Assembly (NCBI GenBank): GCA_963691875.1
Contig: OY829846.1
Span: 4,192,001-4,256,000, forward strand
Source of the DNA: Aureliella sp.
GTDB taxonomy: Bacteria > Planctomycetota > Planctomycetia > Pirellulales > Pirellulaceae
DNA length: 64,000 nucleotides
Direction: 5' to 3'
Below the pieces are notes generated by a model that saw only the letters and a program-made list of their open reading frames with translations, was not told the DNA's origin and made no database searches. Every line of letters starts with the position of its first letter. Position 1 is the stretch's first letter. Below, piece by piece: positions 30,434 through 41,218 of the stretch. The translations under genes were made by a program, and so were the position numbers.

Positions 30434-30565
30434 TACAGTTTCCTGAGGGTATTGGTAATGAATAGACAGGAATTGAGAAGGACGCGTGTAACCACCAGCG
30501 GTTGTCAGCCTTTATCAGTGTATAGTTTGCGTTCTCCAAATGCTTGACCCGACCCAGAGTACCTC

Positions 30566-32083
30566 ATGTTAGTTTTACGAATCCTTGTTCTGTCCGCCCT
30601 TGCACTGTCTGCTGAAAGCCTTCGGTCTCAGGAAGTGATTGAGATTGCCTCCGGCCCTGTTCAAGGAGTACCGGCTAGTGAAGGCAGCAGCATCGTAGTT
30701 TTCAGGGGTATTCCCTTTGCAGCGCCGCCAGTTGGTGGTTTACGATGGAAAGCACCGCAACGCGCAGAGTCTTGGGATGAAGTTCGCGTTTGTGATAAGT
30801 TTGGGCCCATCTCTTGGCAAGGTAAAGATGGCAACAAGAGCGAAGATTGCTTGTACCTCAACGTTTGGGCACCCCCAAGGTCCGACGAAAAACTTCCGGT
30901 CATGGTATGGATCCACGGTGGTGGACTGACATCCGGTGCAGGTTCATTAAAGAACTACGATGGAGAAGCTTTTGCAAAACGTGATGTGATTTTGGTTTCG
31001 ATCAACTACCGACTAGGTTCACTTGGCTACTTTTGCCATCCGCAGCTCAGTAAGGAATCTCTTGATGGCGTTTCGGGCAACTATGGTTTTCTTGATCAAG
31101 TTGCAGCCCTGAAATGGGTGCAAAAGAACATTGAAGCATTTGGTGGTGATAAAGACCGTGTCACCATTTTTGGCGAATCCGCGGGGGGAACAAGTGTTTA
31201 TGTCTTGACTGCATCGCCACTCGCAAAGGGACTCTTCCATCGCGCCATTCTGCAGAGCCCTTGGCTGGACCCAGCTATCTTCAAGCCTTTGAGAAGTGCG
31301 TCGACTAATACACCCAGTGCCGAATCCATAGGAGCGAAGGCGGCTGCGGAGTTAGTCGGCGATAGCGAGGATGCTCTCGTCAAACTTCGGGAGCTCTCTG
31401 CCGAAAAGGTCACTAATGGGCTGCGTGGACGCATGCCTGTTGCCATCGGCGGCAAGTTCTTGCCTGAAAACCCAGAGCAAATATTCGCGTCTGGAAAGCA
31501 TAATCGAGTTCCAGTCATTGCGGGAACGAATCGCGATGAAGGAACGATGTTTGCCGGCAGCGCAGCAGGACAGTCCGTAGAACAATACGAGAAGCGAATC
31601 CAACCGATTTTCGGCGACGACACCGAGAAGGTTCTTGAGTTCTACGATCTGAAAGAGAAGTCTCAAGTGCTACCAACGGCGGTTCAAATGATCACTGACG
31701 GCTGGTTCGTACAGCCCACGCGTCGCTACTGCCGCCAAGTCGCAGATAGTGGCGGAAAGGTTTGGATGTACCACTTCACGCGAGTCAGCCCCAACTGGTC
31801 ATGGTTAGGTGCCGCGCATGCTGCCGAAATTGTCTTTGTATTCAACACGCTGAATCCGAACAAGATGAAGGGTGACAATGAGAAGATCGCGAATGCGATG
31901 ATTTCGTATTGGGTGCAGTTTGCCAAGTCAGGGAATCCCAATCTCAGCGGGCTACACGACTGGCCTCAATATGATTCCAAGTCAGACAAACATTTGGTAA
32001 TCGACGCCGAGATGAAGGCCGATAGCGGCCTTCGCAACGAAGCCTGTGACATGCTCGATTCCATTCGACCTGTTGCGCAGTAG
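30566..32083 (+). CDS. Carboxylesterase/lipase type B
   Basis: FRGIPFAAPP; SEDCLYLNVW; WIHGGG; GESAGG nucleophile motif; HAAEI. Confidence 0.93.
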   Translation: MLVLRILVLSALALSAESLRSQEVIEIASGPVQGVPASEGSSIVVFRGIPFAAPPVGGLRWKAPQRAESWDEVRVCDKFGPISWQGKDGNKSEDCLYLNVWAPPRSDEKLPVMVWIHGGGLTSGAGSLKNYDGEAFAKRDVILVSINYRLGSLGYFCHPQLSKESLDGVSGNYGFLDQVAALKWVQKNIEAFGGDKDRVTIFGESAGGTSVYVLTASPLAKGLFHRAILQSPWLDPAIFKPLRSASTNTPSAESIGAKAAAELVGDSEDALVKLRELSAEKVTNGLRGRMPVAIGGKFLPENPEQIFASGKHNRVPVIAGTNRDEGTMFAGSAAGQSVEQYEKRIQPIFGDDTEKVLEFYDLKEKSQVLPTAVQMITDGWFVQPTRRYCRQVADSGGKVWMYHFTRVSPNWSWLGAAHAAEIVFVFNTLNPNKMKGDNEKIANAMISYWVQFAKSGNPNLSGLHDWPQYDSKSDKHLVIDAEMKADSGLRNEACDMLDSIRPVAQ

Positions 32084-32172
32084 CAGTTTTTCATTTCTTC
32101 CATGTGCTGAAGAGTTCTGCGTAAGCGAGAACGTCGATTGTCCCCGCTCGGGCTGCTGACCTTCTGTGTAGG

Positions 32173-32800
32173 CTATCGAAGTTCAAATTTGGCTTTGTTC
32201 TTCTCAACAACCTCGCCACCGTCCCTTGTCATCATGGCTCGAAGTGTAGCGTCACTAGTCTCAGACGGAATCCGCTGCACCGACCTATCAGCCATCGCGA
32301 CTCGCCAGGCGACAGGATAGCGACCGCTAAGCTTCGGCAAAGATTCTGCAGGATTGAGGACTACATCTTCGGGCGAGATCCAAGAAATTCGAGCAGGAAC
32401 TTTTGAAACCAGAATCGTGGTTGTAGGATCATCGCGAAGCTCGTCAAGTTTCAACTGCTTCTCGCCATCTCCAGTCACCGAGCTCTCGCCGGAAACGGTT
32501 GCGTAATGGGTTTTTCCAAGATGGCGCTTGTGGGAACGATGGCGATAGATTTATGTCATGGGGTCGAGGAAGCCGGCATTGACGCGACTATCCCACTCAT
32601 GATGCAGACAGTAACCTCTTGCAGAGTTCTTCGTTGCCAAGATAGAGAATCGCAACGCGTAGGAGATAGGAAAACTTGCGCCTGGAATCTTGGTTTTCGC
32701 CGATGGTAGGTAACCATGATCTGCTTCGAACAACGTGAATGCTTGAGCAATTTGCTGCAAGGTGATGAGTGCCGCCATGTCGTACAGCGCGATGACTACA
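32173..32800 (-). pseudogene. Decayed DUF1559-like domain, formerly the kinase C-terminus or a downstream gene
   Basis: One frame: LQQIAQAFTLFEADHGYLPSA...HEWDSRVNAGFLDPMT*IYRH...GKTHY...DDPTTTILV...WISPED, matching the DUF1559 pattern LKQIGLA.HNY...PWDS..N...MP...DG.SNTI...W..P. Stop at 32551-32553. Confidence 0.65.
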
Positions 32801-35800
32801 GCGCGCGACGACTCGCCATTTTGCCGAGCATTTCCTGAATGTAAAGCTGCACTTGTGGCTCGATTTCCGACAGGGAAACGGTTAAGCGTGATACCTGGTC
32901 TGACGGCTCGTCAAGCTTCGCTTCCTTCAACGCAGTGGTGGCAGAAGTCTTAACGATAGTGGTAAGCTGCGGCACTCCACCTTCGCCGGTGCGTTCCGAG
33001 CTAACTGGAAAGCTGCCCACCAACTCAGCCAGAGATTCTGCCAAACCTCTCATCGCTTTACTCACACCAGCTTGCTTTGCAGGACTTCGATAGCGAGAGA
33101 AAAGTTCCAGACGCCGATCGACTTCGAGTGATAGAGTAAGCCCGAAGTATTCCGAATCCGTTACCATTAAGAGATGTTTCAAAAGAGGCGAAAGCTGTCG
33201 AAAATTTGTAGTTTCTCCGGTCAACTTCGTTAAGTATTTCTGGTCCATCGATTTCGCAATCGCAAATACTTGGTGTTCTTTCTTGTTCAATCGCGAGGTG
33301 GCGGCTAGATACTCCAGTTCGCGAGGTTGTTGCCCAAGCTCTTTGTAGAACTCGAGAGCCTGCCAAGTTCCGATCAACAATGTCTCGTTGCCGACGATTT
33401 GAAAGCACCGGTTCTTGTCGAAGCTAAGCGGATCTTGTTTGCTAAGTTCCTGCCAGCTAGCTTCGCCAGCGTAGTCGTCAACAACTTTTGGGCCCAATGC
33501 CTCTACAACGAATTCGAGCGACGTCCCCTCCGCGACAGTCAGGATTCCGATCATCCCGTCTTGTAGTCCAGTCTCTTCTGGCAGTTTGGTCCATATTACC
33601 TGTTCGAGTCTACTGTCAAGACTCATGGCAATCGGCAAGCTCGAATCGGCGAGCTCGTCCAGCAAGGCGCCAAAGTGATCTTTATTTGCTAAGCGACTTG
33701 GGCAGAAACCATAGATCTCAGTTGCTTGCGCTGGCACCAACGAAAGATCATAGTCGTCGTTGAAATCTACTTCGGTTGGAGATGTTTCTAACATCCTGAC
33801 CCAGGGGGCAGTCTCTCTCTCTCGCTGAACTCCAATTGCATGCGTCGGAAGAGCAAACTCAGTGACCAAGATATTGAGATCTGAATCGATGGTCGCCGAA
33901 AACTGAACTCGCCCAGCGTACATGCCGAGTCCGTTAAATTGGACGCGACCAGTCAGCTTGACGGTGTCGGATTCAGCCGCTTCGACTTCGTAGGTTAGGT
34001 CTGTTATGTACTGCGGTTGTAGGATCGAGTAGAAACCGTTTGCCGTACTTAGGGCCATCGCATCTGACAAGTCGCTTGGCTTCGGAATCCTATCGCCAAG
34101 GTAACGGAAGTCGGGATCGATAAAGCCACCCTCAAAGAACCGACTGTCCGACAGAAGTACGATGGAGAGTGGCTCGCCTGAAATGCTTTTTGTTGATGCG
34201 GTGGGGCTCTTCGCGACTGCCTGCCATTGCTCGTTCGGTATTCCAGCCGCCTTGCAAATTGCGGATATGATCAAAGCAACTTCGTTTTTGTGCGCACCCT
34301 CGAACTTGGCGACTAGATCTTCGGCGGCCAGAGGGGATTCTTTGGAGGCATCTTGCAGCTGGACGCCAGTGCGAAGCGTGTTTGCAAAGCCATCTGGAAG
34401 TCCGTTGATGTTGGTGTACCAAACATCCGCGTTCTTCTGAAACTGCTTCTCTGCTTTTCGTTCTGTGGGGACCAAGAAGATCCAGTTCTGGTGCTCCCCA
34501 AAGTAGACTCGCCTGCCTAGAGCCTGTTCGGCGACAAACGCCTCAGCCGATAATTCCGTGGGGCCATTGCCGATTTTGGCCGAAGCTTCAGAGGGTAAGT
34601 TGCGGAATACGAACTCGCATTCCTCCGTTTCCTCTACCTCGAAGGTTCGCTGAACTAACTGCTGGACGGTGTCGGCAACATTTCTGGCTGAACCATTGAC
34701 TTCTACAATGACAGTGATCCCATCAATCTTTCCGTTCCTGACTTCGGACTCATCTCTCGTTGCCAAAGACAACTCCGAAGCAATTTGTTTCAACTTCATC
34801 GCATATCCACTTTGACGCTTATCGTGCGCGTGAGCTGGAAAGACTGGTAGCCGCATGTCGACACCGCCTTCGATGGGCTCAAAGGTGAGGTAGTTGCAAT
34901 TCTGTCCAATGTCAGAAAGATTCATGAACACCAAGTTGTGAGGCGAGTTCATCATCGAAACGACATAGCTATCAAGTTCGCTGAGTGAAGCATGAACTTC
35001 ATCGGGAGGCGCGGCTTTAGTGCCGAGGCCGAAGAAATCTTTGAGAAGCATCGAAGCTCCAGCGATCAGCAAAATTGCGACACTCGCCGCAGCAATGCGT
35101 GGCCACCATCCCCAGCCTTTCGGTTTTACGGAAAGGTCTGAATCAATAGTGCCTGAAGCCGAGGTGTCGATCGTCGTGATGACAAAGGGCTCCAAAGCAT
35201 CCACGATCTCGGACGGCGACTGAAAACGCTTGGCGGGGTCTTTGGCGATCATCTTCGCCAAAATGTCTTGCACTCCAACGGGTATTTCGTCGCGCAACTC
35301 GTTGAGTGGGGTTGGATTTGACTCGGCGTGAAGTTTTAACTTGCTGATTGCCGTACCTTCGGAAAAGGGTACTTTGCCTGCGAGCAAGTAGTACATAGTC
35401 ATGCCAAGGCTATAGATGTCGCTGCGGCCGTCGACGCCGCGGGCGTCCTGAGCTTGCTCCGGCAGGATAAAATCGGGAGTGCCCATGATCGCACCCGCCA
35501 TCGTCAAGTTTCCACTTGAGTCTTCCGTGATTGACTCACCGGGCGTAGCTTGAGGAGCAAGCGAAGCCAAGCCGAAGTCAAGAATCTTGACGACTTCGCC
35601 CTTCGTCACCATCAAGTTATGTGGTTTGATATCGCGATGCACCATTCCTCGCTTGTGTGCATAGTCCAATCCCGTAGCTGCTTGGCGAATGTAGTTGCAC
35701 GCATCACTCACAGGTAACCGCCCCCGATTCTGAACGGTTTGAGCTAAATCGATACCATCCACAAACTCCATCGCCAGAAAGTGTAGTTCACCCGCTTGTT

Positions 35801-36263
35801 CGGCGTCGTGCGCCGTGACTATATTTCGGTGGTCCAGGCTAGCTGCTGTCTTGACTTCGCGGCGAAAACGATCGACGGCTTCCTGCTTTTGGACCCACTC
35901 CGAGTGAATGACCTTCAGCGCGACCGTGCGGTCCATCATCCGATGCCGAGCCTTGTACACCTGCCCCATTCCGCCGCGACCAATGATCTCTTCGATCTGA
36001 TATCGAGCATGATCTCGCAGCGGCGTTGGAATCGAAGGCTGCGTTTGCTGCAGGACCGTGGCGCTTCCGAGCTTCGATGTAGCTTTGACCTCTTGAAGAA
36101 GGTCCACAAAGGTATCGTCCGACACGAGGTCGACGATGGTCTCACAGCAACTATCACATTCGCTGACGTGCTGTTCGACAACCAAAACGGCTTCGGGCGG
36201 CAGCTGCCCCAATGAGAATGCGGTCAGCTCGTTTTCCGTCGGGTGCTTTGTCTGTTCTGACAT
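32796..36263 (-). CDS. Membrane Ser/Thr protein kinase with N-terminal zf-HC2-like domain and large extracytoplasmic region
   Basis: HVSECDSC; IGRGGMGQVY; VALK; HRDIKPHN; DFG; GTPDFILPEQ; SDIYSLG; TM at about aa 390-410. Confidence 0.92.
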   Translation of the reverse strand: MSEQTKHPTENELTAFSLGQLPPEAVLVVEQHVSECDSCCETIVDLVSDDTFVDLLQEVKATSKLGSATVLQQTQPSIPTPLRDHARYQIEEIIGRGGMGQVYKARHRMMDRTVALKVIHSEWVQKQEAVDRFRREVKTAASLDHRNIVTAHDAEQAGELHFLAMEFVDGIDLAQTVQNRGRLPVSDACNYIRQAATGLDYAHKRGMVHRDIKPHNLMVTKGEVVKILDFGLASLAPQATPGESITEDSSGNLTMAGAIMGTPDFILPEQAQDARGVDGRSDIYSLGMTMYYLLAGKVPFSEGTAISKLKLHAESNPTPLNELRDEIPVGVQDILAKMIAKDPAKRFQSPSEIVDALEPFVITTIDTSASGTIDSDLSVKPKGWGWWPRIAAASVAILLIAGASMLLKDFFGLGTKAAPPDEVHASLSELDSYVVSMMNSPHNLVFMNLSDIGQNCNYLTFEPIEGGVDMRLPVFPAHAHDKRQSGYAMKLKQIASELSLATRDESEVRNGKIDGITVIVEVNGSARNVADTVQQLVQRTFEVEETEECEFVFRNLPSEASAKIGNGPTELSAEAFVAEQALGRRVYFGEHQNWIFLVPTERKAEKQFQKNADVWYTNINGLPDGFANTLRTGVQLQDASKESPLAAEDLVAKFEGAHKNEVALIISAICKAAGIPNEQWQAVAKSPTASTKSISGEPLSIVLLSDSRFFEGGFIDPDFRYLGDRIPKPSDLSDAMALSTANGFYSILQPQYITDLTYEVEAAESDTVKLTGRVQFNGLGMYAGRVQFSATIDSDLNILVTEFALPTHAIGVQRERETAPWVRMLETSPTEVDFNDDYDLSLVPAQATEIYGFCPSRLANKDHFGALLDELADSSLPIAMSLDSRLEQVIWTKLPEETGLQDGMIGILTVAEGTSLEFVVEALGPKVVDDYAGEASWQELSKQDPLSFDKNRCFQIVGNETLLIGTWQALEFYKELGQQPRELEYLAATSRLNKKEHQVFAIAKSMDQKYLTKLTGETTNFRQLSPLLKHLLMVTDSEYFGLTLSLEVDRRLELFSRYRSPAKQAGVSKAMRGLAESLAELVGSFPVSSERTGEGGVPQLTTIVKTSATTALKEAKLDEPSDQVSRLTVSLSEIEPQVQLYIQEMLGKMASRRAL

Positions 36264-36369
36264 GGTTGTTTTCGCCTACAGTGCGTCTGAGAGTGAAGGA
36301 TCATTCGCGACCCGAACTTCTCTTGCCTGGGCCACTCGACACTCAAAGACTCGCTCCCGGCAAAACATT

Positions 36370-36980
36370 TCAGACATTTGGCAAAAACTTGGAAGAAGCT
36401 TCCACCAAACCTGTCGCCTCCTGACGTAACTTACTCAGAACGCGGGACTTAGCGATAATGACCGCGTTGAGAGAAATTCCTAATTCTTCGGCGACAGCCT
36501 TCGGCTTCTGGCCATCAAAGGTGGTTTTGCGGAAGGCGGACCAAGTCGATGGTGCGAACTGCGGCTCGGTTACCGCAAGCAGTTTTTCAAGAACATGCTG
36601 GTCGTGTTCTTGGTTCCAGATCAGCGTGATTTCGCTCGCCGGATCATCTAATTCGGCCAGTCGTTGATTCATGTCCGAGCCGCCTGAGGCCTTCGGGCCT
36701 CGATCACGAGAGTGCCAGAACTTGCGAAGGCGGTAACCAGAATCCCTTTCATCCATGCCCGGAAAGCTCCTTCGCGACCATTGTGATCAAAGGCTTCAAT
36801 GTCCTTGGAAATCGCTAGAAGGACTTCTTGGGTGACGTCATCCGCATCATTGGATTGCAGCTCATAACGCATCAACCACTTGCGGATGAGAGGCTCGTAA
36901 AGTCGATGTAGTCGCTCCCAAGCCTCCTTTTCCGGGCATTGCCGCATTTGCTGTAGAAGGCTGAGTGATGTTTCGTTCAT
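36370..36980 (-). pseudogene. ECF sigma factor (kinase-associated type), single frameshift
   Basis: MNETSLSLL...AWERL...DADDVTQEV...GAFRAWMKGILV joins RLRKFW...EHD...VAEELGISLNAVIIAKSRVL if one A is restored at ~36734 (GTT A[A]C CGC). Confidence 0.85.
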
Positions 36981-37146
36981 GGCTGCGGAAGATACCGGGG
37001 ATGACGAGCTTCTCTATGATAACCTAGCTAGCAGCCGCCGTCACAGTTTGTTCATCCGCCAACCGCTGCAGGTTCATAATCGGTTATCAGGAAATGGGGT
37101 ACTCCACAGTCACTGACTTCAGGGCAAGCAGTCCGTTTCGCATGGC

Positions 37147-37635
37147 GTGACCTTGCAGCTTGATCAAGTCGCCGATGGCGATCGCAAGGCTGCGGATGCG
37201 TTGTTTGCGCTCGTGTACTCGGAACTATGTGTCCTGGCGGACCGACAGATGTCGAAGTAGTCATCCGAGTGGAAGAATCGTGGATATTTCTTTGCCGCTG
37301 CGTCTCAGGCTAGGAGCGGGATAGTGGTGGATGCTGCTCGAATTCGTAAGCGAGCAAGGCGTTGCAGCATTGTGAAGAAACACGAATTGCGAGGCGACGA
37401 GCTGATCTGCAAAGCAGGCGAAGAGCTTCTGCCCCTAGATGAGGCGTTGCAGCTTCTTCATGAAAAAGAACCACTCAAAGCAGAGTTAATGAACCTTCGA
37501 TATTTTGGTGGATTCAAAAATGCTCAGTCTGCCGAACAATCGCAGATATCCACGGCCAAGGTAGAACGTTACTGGACATTCACTCGAGCTTGGTTGCGTA
37601 TCAAGCTCGAGAGGTGGGTTCGGATTTCTACTTAA
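37147..37635 (+). pseudogene. ECF-type sigma factor (TIGR02999-like), degraded
   Basis: VTLQLDQVADGDRKAADALFALVYSEL...* then WKNRGYFFAAAS...LDEAL...LRYFGG...VERYWTFTRAWL. In-frame TAG at 37258-37260, and the family's TLQ.TALVHEAY block is missing. Confidence 0.8.
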
Positions 37636-37781
37636 TGAGTTCTTTCTACTCAACGAGTTCTGATAGATTTACTACGCGTCCGTAGATCTTTTCGTACTCT
37701 GAATCGCCCGGATATTTTAGACCCATCGGCGTAGATTCTCTTGCTTAGAACCAGCAGCCACATTCCCTGCGCAAATGCTTT

Positions 37782-38477
37782 TTGGCACGAAAGCTGCAGT
37801 TGGCTAATCTGGCGCAACCCTGTGTATTCCGCGAAAAAAGCGAGATTAGCTTGAGCAAATATTCAGTCGTTAAACAGTCCATGCTACCTGAATCAAAACG
37901 CCTCCTGGCCTATTTTCTGGTAATCATTCCTATGATGATTATTTGGGTGGTAGATGCACTTCCAAGTTACACACTTTTGCACAGCAAGCTGAAGAACAGG
38001 CTGGACCCGCTTTTGGACAAAACAGGGTTGTGGCAAGGCGATTGGCAATTATTTGCCCCTGTGCCAAGCCCTAACTCTGATCAGCAAGAGTACGGCCTTG
38101 CGCAAGTGTTCGCTGAGCAGCGAGATTACGGTCTCGCGCAAGTTTTTGTTTACGTATTGGTAGCTCCTTTTACAGAAGAAGTAGCATTTCGGACCTACCT
38201 TATCCCCAGAATACTTGGTGCGATCTCATCTATGATGCGGCCACTAACTAGATATGCCAACCTGTTGGCTGGGGCCTCTTCGATCCTGTGTAGCGCTCTA
38301 CTGTTTGGTGCTCTTCACGGTGCACACTGGATTCCAGCAACTGGCTTCGGCATCGTGGTTGGTTGCGCATATCTCCATCGTCGTTCGCCATTGGAGTGTA
38401 TCCTGGCCCATGCCTCCTGTAACGGAATATTGCTTGCCTATACGGCTCTGACGGGAGAGCCATTTTACTTGGGCTAG
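37782..38477 (+). CDS. CPBP (Abi/CAAX) intramembrane glutamic protease, apparently chimeric
   Basis: EEVAFR, FGALH and HASCN motifs; unrelated N-terminal part (GLWQGDWQLFAP). True start uncertain, possibly ATG 37881. Confidence 0.65.
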   Translation: MARKLQLANLAQPCVFREKSEISLSKYSVVKQSMLPESKRLLAYFLVIIPMMIIWVVDALPSYTLLHSKLKNRLDPLLDKTGLWQGDWQLFAPVPSPNSDQQEYGLAQVFAEQRDYGLAQVFVYVLVAPFTEEVAFRTYLIPRILGAISSMMRPLTRYANLLAGASSILCSALLFGALHGAHWIPATGFGIVVGCAYLHRRSPLECILAHASCNGILLAYTALTGEPFYLG

Positions 38478-38641
38478 GCCGGCGTAGAAGAGTTTATTCA
38501 TTGGCATCAGCACGCCTAGCGTGCAACGGCTCTAGAGGAGCGGCGTGTATGGATCCTCAAGCAAAATCCACCTACGTTGTCAGACACCGCTCGACGTGTC
38601 GTGCGGTGTCTTTGTAGATAGTTGCGTTGTTGCTCAAGTCG

Positions 38642-39256
38642 CTAGTTTTCTTTCGCTGGTGAATCTTGCTCTGCTGGAGCTTCGTCTGGCTCTTCCTGCT
38701 CGGCGTGAATCTGCTTGGCAAACTCAGCCCCTTCGGCTTTGCTCAGGATGTGAATCGAGGAAGCAGTAAGCACGAGAAACTTGCCAACCTTCGATGTTGC
38801 TCCTTGTACAACGATGTCCTGATTTCGTTTCAGACCTAGCATCGTTTCAGCGGATATCCCGAGCACCTCGCCCTTATTGTCCACGATCTGAACGATGGCA
38901 GTTGCGGCATTTTCCATATCGCGTTTGCAGAAGGGACAATCGCCCGGATTCTCGTGGTCGTGCCCCGGCTTCGGCAGCTCAATCAGATTGAACGCCGCCG
39001 TCTTCGCATCAAATGGAGACATATCGGCCGCAAAGATTCTACCAACTACCTGCACCTGTGCGCCGTTTGCATCGCCAGCATTCGCTTGGGCTAGCGACAA
39101 CACATCACCTGAGTGCTGGTCGGCAAGGATCTTGCTTCTTGTTTCCTCGAAACTACGGCTGCCATCGTTAAATTGACAGCCGCTTAGGAATAGAAAACAT
39201 GCTGAGCAGGCAACCGCTAGTGACGAGCAGAGCGGAACGCGAAGGAAGTTGGTCAT
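38642..39256 (-). CDS. Hypothetical lipoprotein with HDH...CPFC metal-binding motif
   Basis: Lipobox LSGC; PGHDHENPGDCPFC; overlaps the upstream gene stop. Confidence 0.8.
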   Translation of the reverse strand: MTNFLRVPLCSSLAVACSACFLFLSGCQFNDGSRSFEETRSKILADQHSGDVLSLAQANAGDANGAQVQVVGRIFAADMSPFDAKTAAFNLIELPKPGHDHENPGDCPFCKRDMENAATAIVQIVDNKGEVLGISAETMLGLKRNQDIVVQGATSKVGKFLVLTASSIHILSKAEGAEFAKQIHAEQEEPDEAPAEQDSPAKEN

Positions 39257-39738
39257 TTCATTACCCCTTCCAATTCGGTAATCGCTGCGGTGAGCGTCTT
39301 TTCCAGATCTTCAATCTCGACTTCTGGTCCACCGTGCATGACGCCGTCCAGTTTTGCAAAACCTTCAAACAGTGCTTCTACCTGAACCTTGACTTTTTCT
39401 AGCTGTTCTGGTGTCACATCTGCTTCTTTGCCAGCTGTCTTCGATAGCCCTTCCAACGCATGCCCTACGTCATGCAAGGCGTCATGTGCATCGTTAGGAG
39501 TCCCATCGGAAAATGCCTTGCAGATCTTGGTCTTCATTTCCTTGACTTCTTCAAGAGCTTCCGCAAAGGTCTCGGGCTCATGAGAGTGCTCGTCTCCATG
39601 CGCGTGCTCATCGCCATGGTCATGTCCTTCATGGCTTTCAGTGTTATCGCCGCCGTTTGATTCTTCTGTTGCGTCACCACAACCAACAAAAGCTGCCACG
39701 GAAAAACAAAGTACGAGTGAGAGTAGTTGGTATTTCAT
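39253..39738 (-). CDS. His-rich helical lipoprotein (putative metal chaperone)
   Basis: Lipobox FVGC; HEGHDHGDEHAHGDEHSHE; AHDALHDVGH; MHGG. GGAGG RBS. Confidence 0.85.
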   Translation of the reverse strand: MKYQLLSLVLCFSVAAFVGCGDATEESNGGDNTESHEGHDHGDEHAHGDEHSHEPETFAEALEEVKEMKTKICKAFSDGTPNDAHDALHDVGHALEGLSKTAGKEADVTPEQLEKVKVQVEALFEGFAKLDGVMHGGPEVEIEDLEKTLTAAITELEGVMK

Positions 39739-41046
39739 TATTTACCTCCGAAAGTGATCAGTCGCGCTGGGGTTCCACCGACCTTCAAGGTCGCTTGGTT
39801 CACCCAGTTGCTTGTTGAAAAAAAACAGTAAAGGTTCCATCGCCAGGATTACTTGTCGTGACAAGTCAGTTCGATAAGACTACGCATTCGTGATGCCCAC
39901 TGTGTCCTTCGATCAGGCTCTCGCCGACCGGAATGGACTCGTGAAGCCTGGCATCTGCGAACGCCCATCTTGATTGGGGGCAAGGGCTACTACATGCAGC
40001 CTTTCGTCCTTGTCACCTTCTCGACTCTCTTCGAATAAGATTGCGCAGCGCTCTCCTGTCCATGAGCGAATTGTTTCGGGGGTCGTTAAGCTATTGCCGT
40101 TTGCGACGGAAGTCACAATTCTAGCAATGGTTGGCTTCGGGCTGGAGGAGTCGACCATGCACAATTCGTGCGATGCAGAGCGGAAGTTAAACAAGATAAG
40201 TTGACCAAAGTTGTGGGAAGCACCGGTTCTCCGTGGTTTGAACTTCTCATTTTCACCGAGGGACAAGTGATGGACTGTCACCTTCTCCTCAGAAGAGCTT
40301 ACTCCTCTATCAGCTGCAACCCAGCAGATTCCGTCGCTTGCCGCGAAAAACACCTTGCCCGCACTGAAGGGCCCGCCGTGTATCCCTCCACTGGGCAAGT
40401 GAACGTGATAGCCGCGACCACTTCTGCTGCCTACACCAACGACATCAACGCGCCCGTTGTTCTCACCCTCAAGATCGATCCCAGTCGAGTAGGCAACTTG
40501 AACTTGAATTGCAGCCATCGTGATGTGCCCTTCACCAGCCTTATAGAAGCGATCCGGCTGGGAGTTAGGCTTACCAACCTTCGCTGGAGTTACTAACGTG
40601 AATCCGTTCCTCCTGTCGTTGGCGAGATAGAACTGATTGTCATCGAGGTAGACGTGAGCCGGATTGCCTTGGTGTTCATCTAAGATGCTTGTGATCGAAT
40701 TCGGGGCTGCACCGTAGTGCCGGTGGAAGTGGTCTCCGTGGGTTTGTTGATTAAAGCCAGATTTAATTGCGAACCATCCGCTTTGGAAGGCGCCGTCTTC
40801 GTTGTCTCGAACACCTGCCACCGCTGGATGATCTAAAGATTGCATCTGAACGAATTTCTGCTTGTCCAGATTTAGCTCTGGTTTCAGGCTCCAATCTTTT
40901 CCTTTCTTGACGTCGCCCCGTTTTAGTTTTTGCTCCGCGGCATCTTGCCAGACGATTCTGGAAAGAGTGCATGGAGACTGGGCAAGTAGACTTGCCGAGC
41001 AAGCCGCGTTGAGCAACGCAGCTAGCGTAAGGATTCGAGTTTTCAT
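39738..41046 (-). pseudogene. AztD-like periplasmic beta-propeller metallochaperone, C-terminus disrupted
   Basis: Signal peptide; HGDHFH; GNPAHVY; GHIT; GGIHG. Beyond the ORF stop, other frames give IPVGESLIEGHSGHHE...*...SNPGDGT and LKVGGTPARLITFGGK*, ending TAATG on the next gene. Breaks at ~39960, TGA 39866-39868 and an A8 run at 39818-39825. Confidence 0.7.
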
Positions 41047-41218
41047 TTTCGCTTCTCAGTTGTACCGATCGCTCTTCAGATCAAAAATTGCTAAAGGCAA
41101 AAACGAACTTTCTGCTCACAAGTGCCCGTCGTTGCCGGCCTACAACACAAAGTGCAATGATGGGCATTCTTCACCGAACTGGAGTCCAAGCCTTTTGCAT
41201 AGTTGCAAGGAAAGCATA

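Noticed and set aside
37725..37810. Fourth copy of family C element
   Set aside because: Only a short match (ATTCCCTGCGCAAATGC); the termini and the GTCAGAATCTGCC core are absent.
39866..39868. Selenocysteine or readthrough TGA in the AztD-like gene
   Set aside because: It is flanked by two frameshifts with no evident SECIS, so decay is the simpler explanation.
41193..41208. TTGCA-tagt-TGCAA as a fourth Zur-like box
   Set aside because: The spacer is 4 bp, not 7 bp as in the three consistent sites.
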